Source: Podarcis bocagei (taxonomy: Eukaryota). Taken from it: a stretch of DNA of 64,000 bases. The notes beneath the pieces were generated by a model, which ran no database searches, had not been told where the DNA came from, and saw only the letters and a list, made by a program, of their open reading frames with translations. The stretch is taken from NCBI GenBank assembly GCA_964188305.1, contig OZ076889.1, one strand, 5' to 3'. A program made the translations under genes and the position numbers. Position 1 is the stretch's first letter. Each line of letters opens with the position of its first letter. Below are positions 62,519 through 64,000 of the stretch, piece after piece.

Positions 62519-62886
62519 GGGACGCGGGTGGCGCTGTGGGTAAAACCTCAGCGCCTAGGACTTGCCGATCGCATGGTCGGCGGTTCGAATCCCCGCGGCA
62601 GGGTGAGCTCCCGTCATTTGGTCCCAGCTCCTGCCCACCTAGCAGTTCAAAAGCACCCCTAAGTAGATAAATAGGTACCACTTTATAGCGGGAAGGTAAA
62701 CAGCGTTTCCATGTGCTGTGCTGGTGCTGGCTCGCCAGAGCAGCTTTGTCATGCTGGCCACGTGACCCGGAAGTGTCTCCGGACAACGCTGGTTCCCGGC
62801 CTCTAGAGTGAGATGAGCGCACAACCCTAGAGTCGGACACGACTGGCCCGTACGGGCAGGGGTACCTTTACCTTTACCTTTACCTT
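62519..62886 (+). mobile_element. Sauria SINE (same subfamily as 28579)
   Basis: Shares GGGTAAAACCTCAG and GTACGGGCAGGGGTACC with the 28579 copy; duplication TACAGAGTGGCT at 62505-62516 and 62887-62898. Confidence 0.92.
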
Positions 62887-63900
62887 TACAGAGTGGCTAA
62901 TTCCAGTCGGAGCAGCCACCAGCACAGAGTGCACCGTCTGTACTAGCACCCCTTAATCATCAGAGCAGACCAAGTGATTAAGTATTTTGAAGATGAGCTT
63001 AAAGCGAAACCATTTGCTCACGTAGATTTTCAAAACTGATGTGGATATAAAACATTCCCCAAGCCACTTGGCTGGAATTGTTGGAAGAGTAGCCTTTGCC
63101 CTATGTTTCTAGGCACTGAACAGTTTTGAGCAGATATATTCTCAACCACATTGCCTTCCTACGGAAGAATGGAGTATTTCCATGTGATAATGACGGCAGA
63201 TAGGTAGCTTTTCACTACAAGCAAGTGTGAAAGCCATGGTCTTATTTGTCCTTTTGATTTCCATAAGTGTGCCTCTTTTCAATACTACCTGAGCAGTAGC
63301 ACTTTGCTCCTATTCCTCAGTGGCTTACTCTGACCCCATAATTTGTATGCCCTGTTTCCTCGTGGAAATGTCTTTAGATGCAGATTACAAATTTGCTGAA
63401 GAAGCTAGTCAATTCAGAGAAGGTCCAAAACCACACCAGAAAGATGCTAGTTCTGAATCTATTTATAGAATGTATAGTTCAGCTTCATCACAAGTGATCC
63501 TTGGGCAGATCACAACAACAAAAGACAAAATGTAATTAAAACATACCACTATCACTTCTTCTCTCCTTTTTCAAAAACCAATTCAAAGGCTTTTTGAATT
63601 GGAGGAAGAGATAGATCTTTAGTTGGTGCCACAAAATAGGCATGGTAGGTGCCAGCCAGTCTTCAGGGTGCCATTACTGACAAGGCCTTCCACAATACAG
63701 TATATAAAGACATTTGTATATTCCTTTGCTACCTCCCTCCAGGATCATGAAATATCAGCCAAACTTTCAATGTAGCCAGAGCTATGGGAAGTGTATGGTG
63801 AACTGAACATGCAATACAGATGATTGCTGCCAAAGCATAGACAAAACTATATGAAATGAGTTTCCATTTGTGTTTCTTTCCTTTTCTTCATCCCTCCTAG

Positions 63901-64000
63901 GAAGAAGAGGCTCTTGCGGCTGAAGACCATTGCACTGCTTGTTCCTACTGCGGGAAAGTCTTCGACCAAACTGTCCACCTTAGATGAGGTCATCTCCAGC
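63901..64000 (+). CDS. AMPD1: AMPD1 exon 4 (runs off the window)
   Basis: Long pyrimidine tract plus AG; KKRLLRLKTIALLVPTAGKSSTKLSTLDEVISS, phase-compatible with exon 3. Confidence 0.9.

Overview
Vertebrate genomic DNA from a squamate reptile, probably a lacertid lizard (judged from Sauria/Squam-type SINEs and the Penelope-like repeat). It holds the conserved syntenic block SIKE1 (3' end) - CSDE1/UNR (complete) - NRAS (complete) - AMPD1 (5' end), all on the + strand. Hand-spliced exons give CSDE1 796 aa (843 aa with an optional N-terminal exon), NRAS 189 aa ending CLVM, and AMPD1 including its 12-nt mini-exon. The most notable observations are: (1) a young, 5'-truncated L2-clade LINE with an uninterrupted reverse-transcriptase frame in the CSDE1-NRAS gap, fused in frame to a flank-derived ATG and oriented so that antisense transcription from the NRAS promoter would read it; (2) a 131-bp near-perfect palindrome with a single C.A mismatch just upstream of a CSDE1 exon; (3) a Penelope-like insertion carrying a minimal hammerhead-ribozyme motif in a SIKE1 intron; (4) a GC-AG intron and several uORFs in CSDE1. 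I found no clearly novel multi-gene system. Gene and repeat identities rest on my recognition of the sequences, not on database searches.
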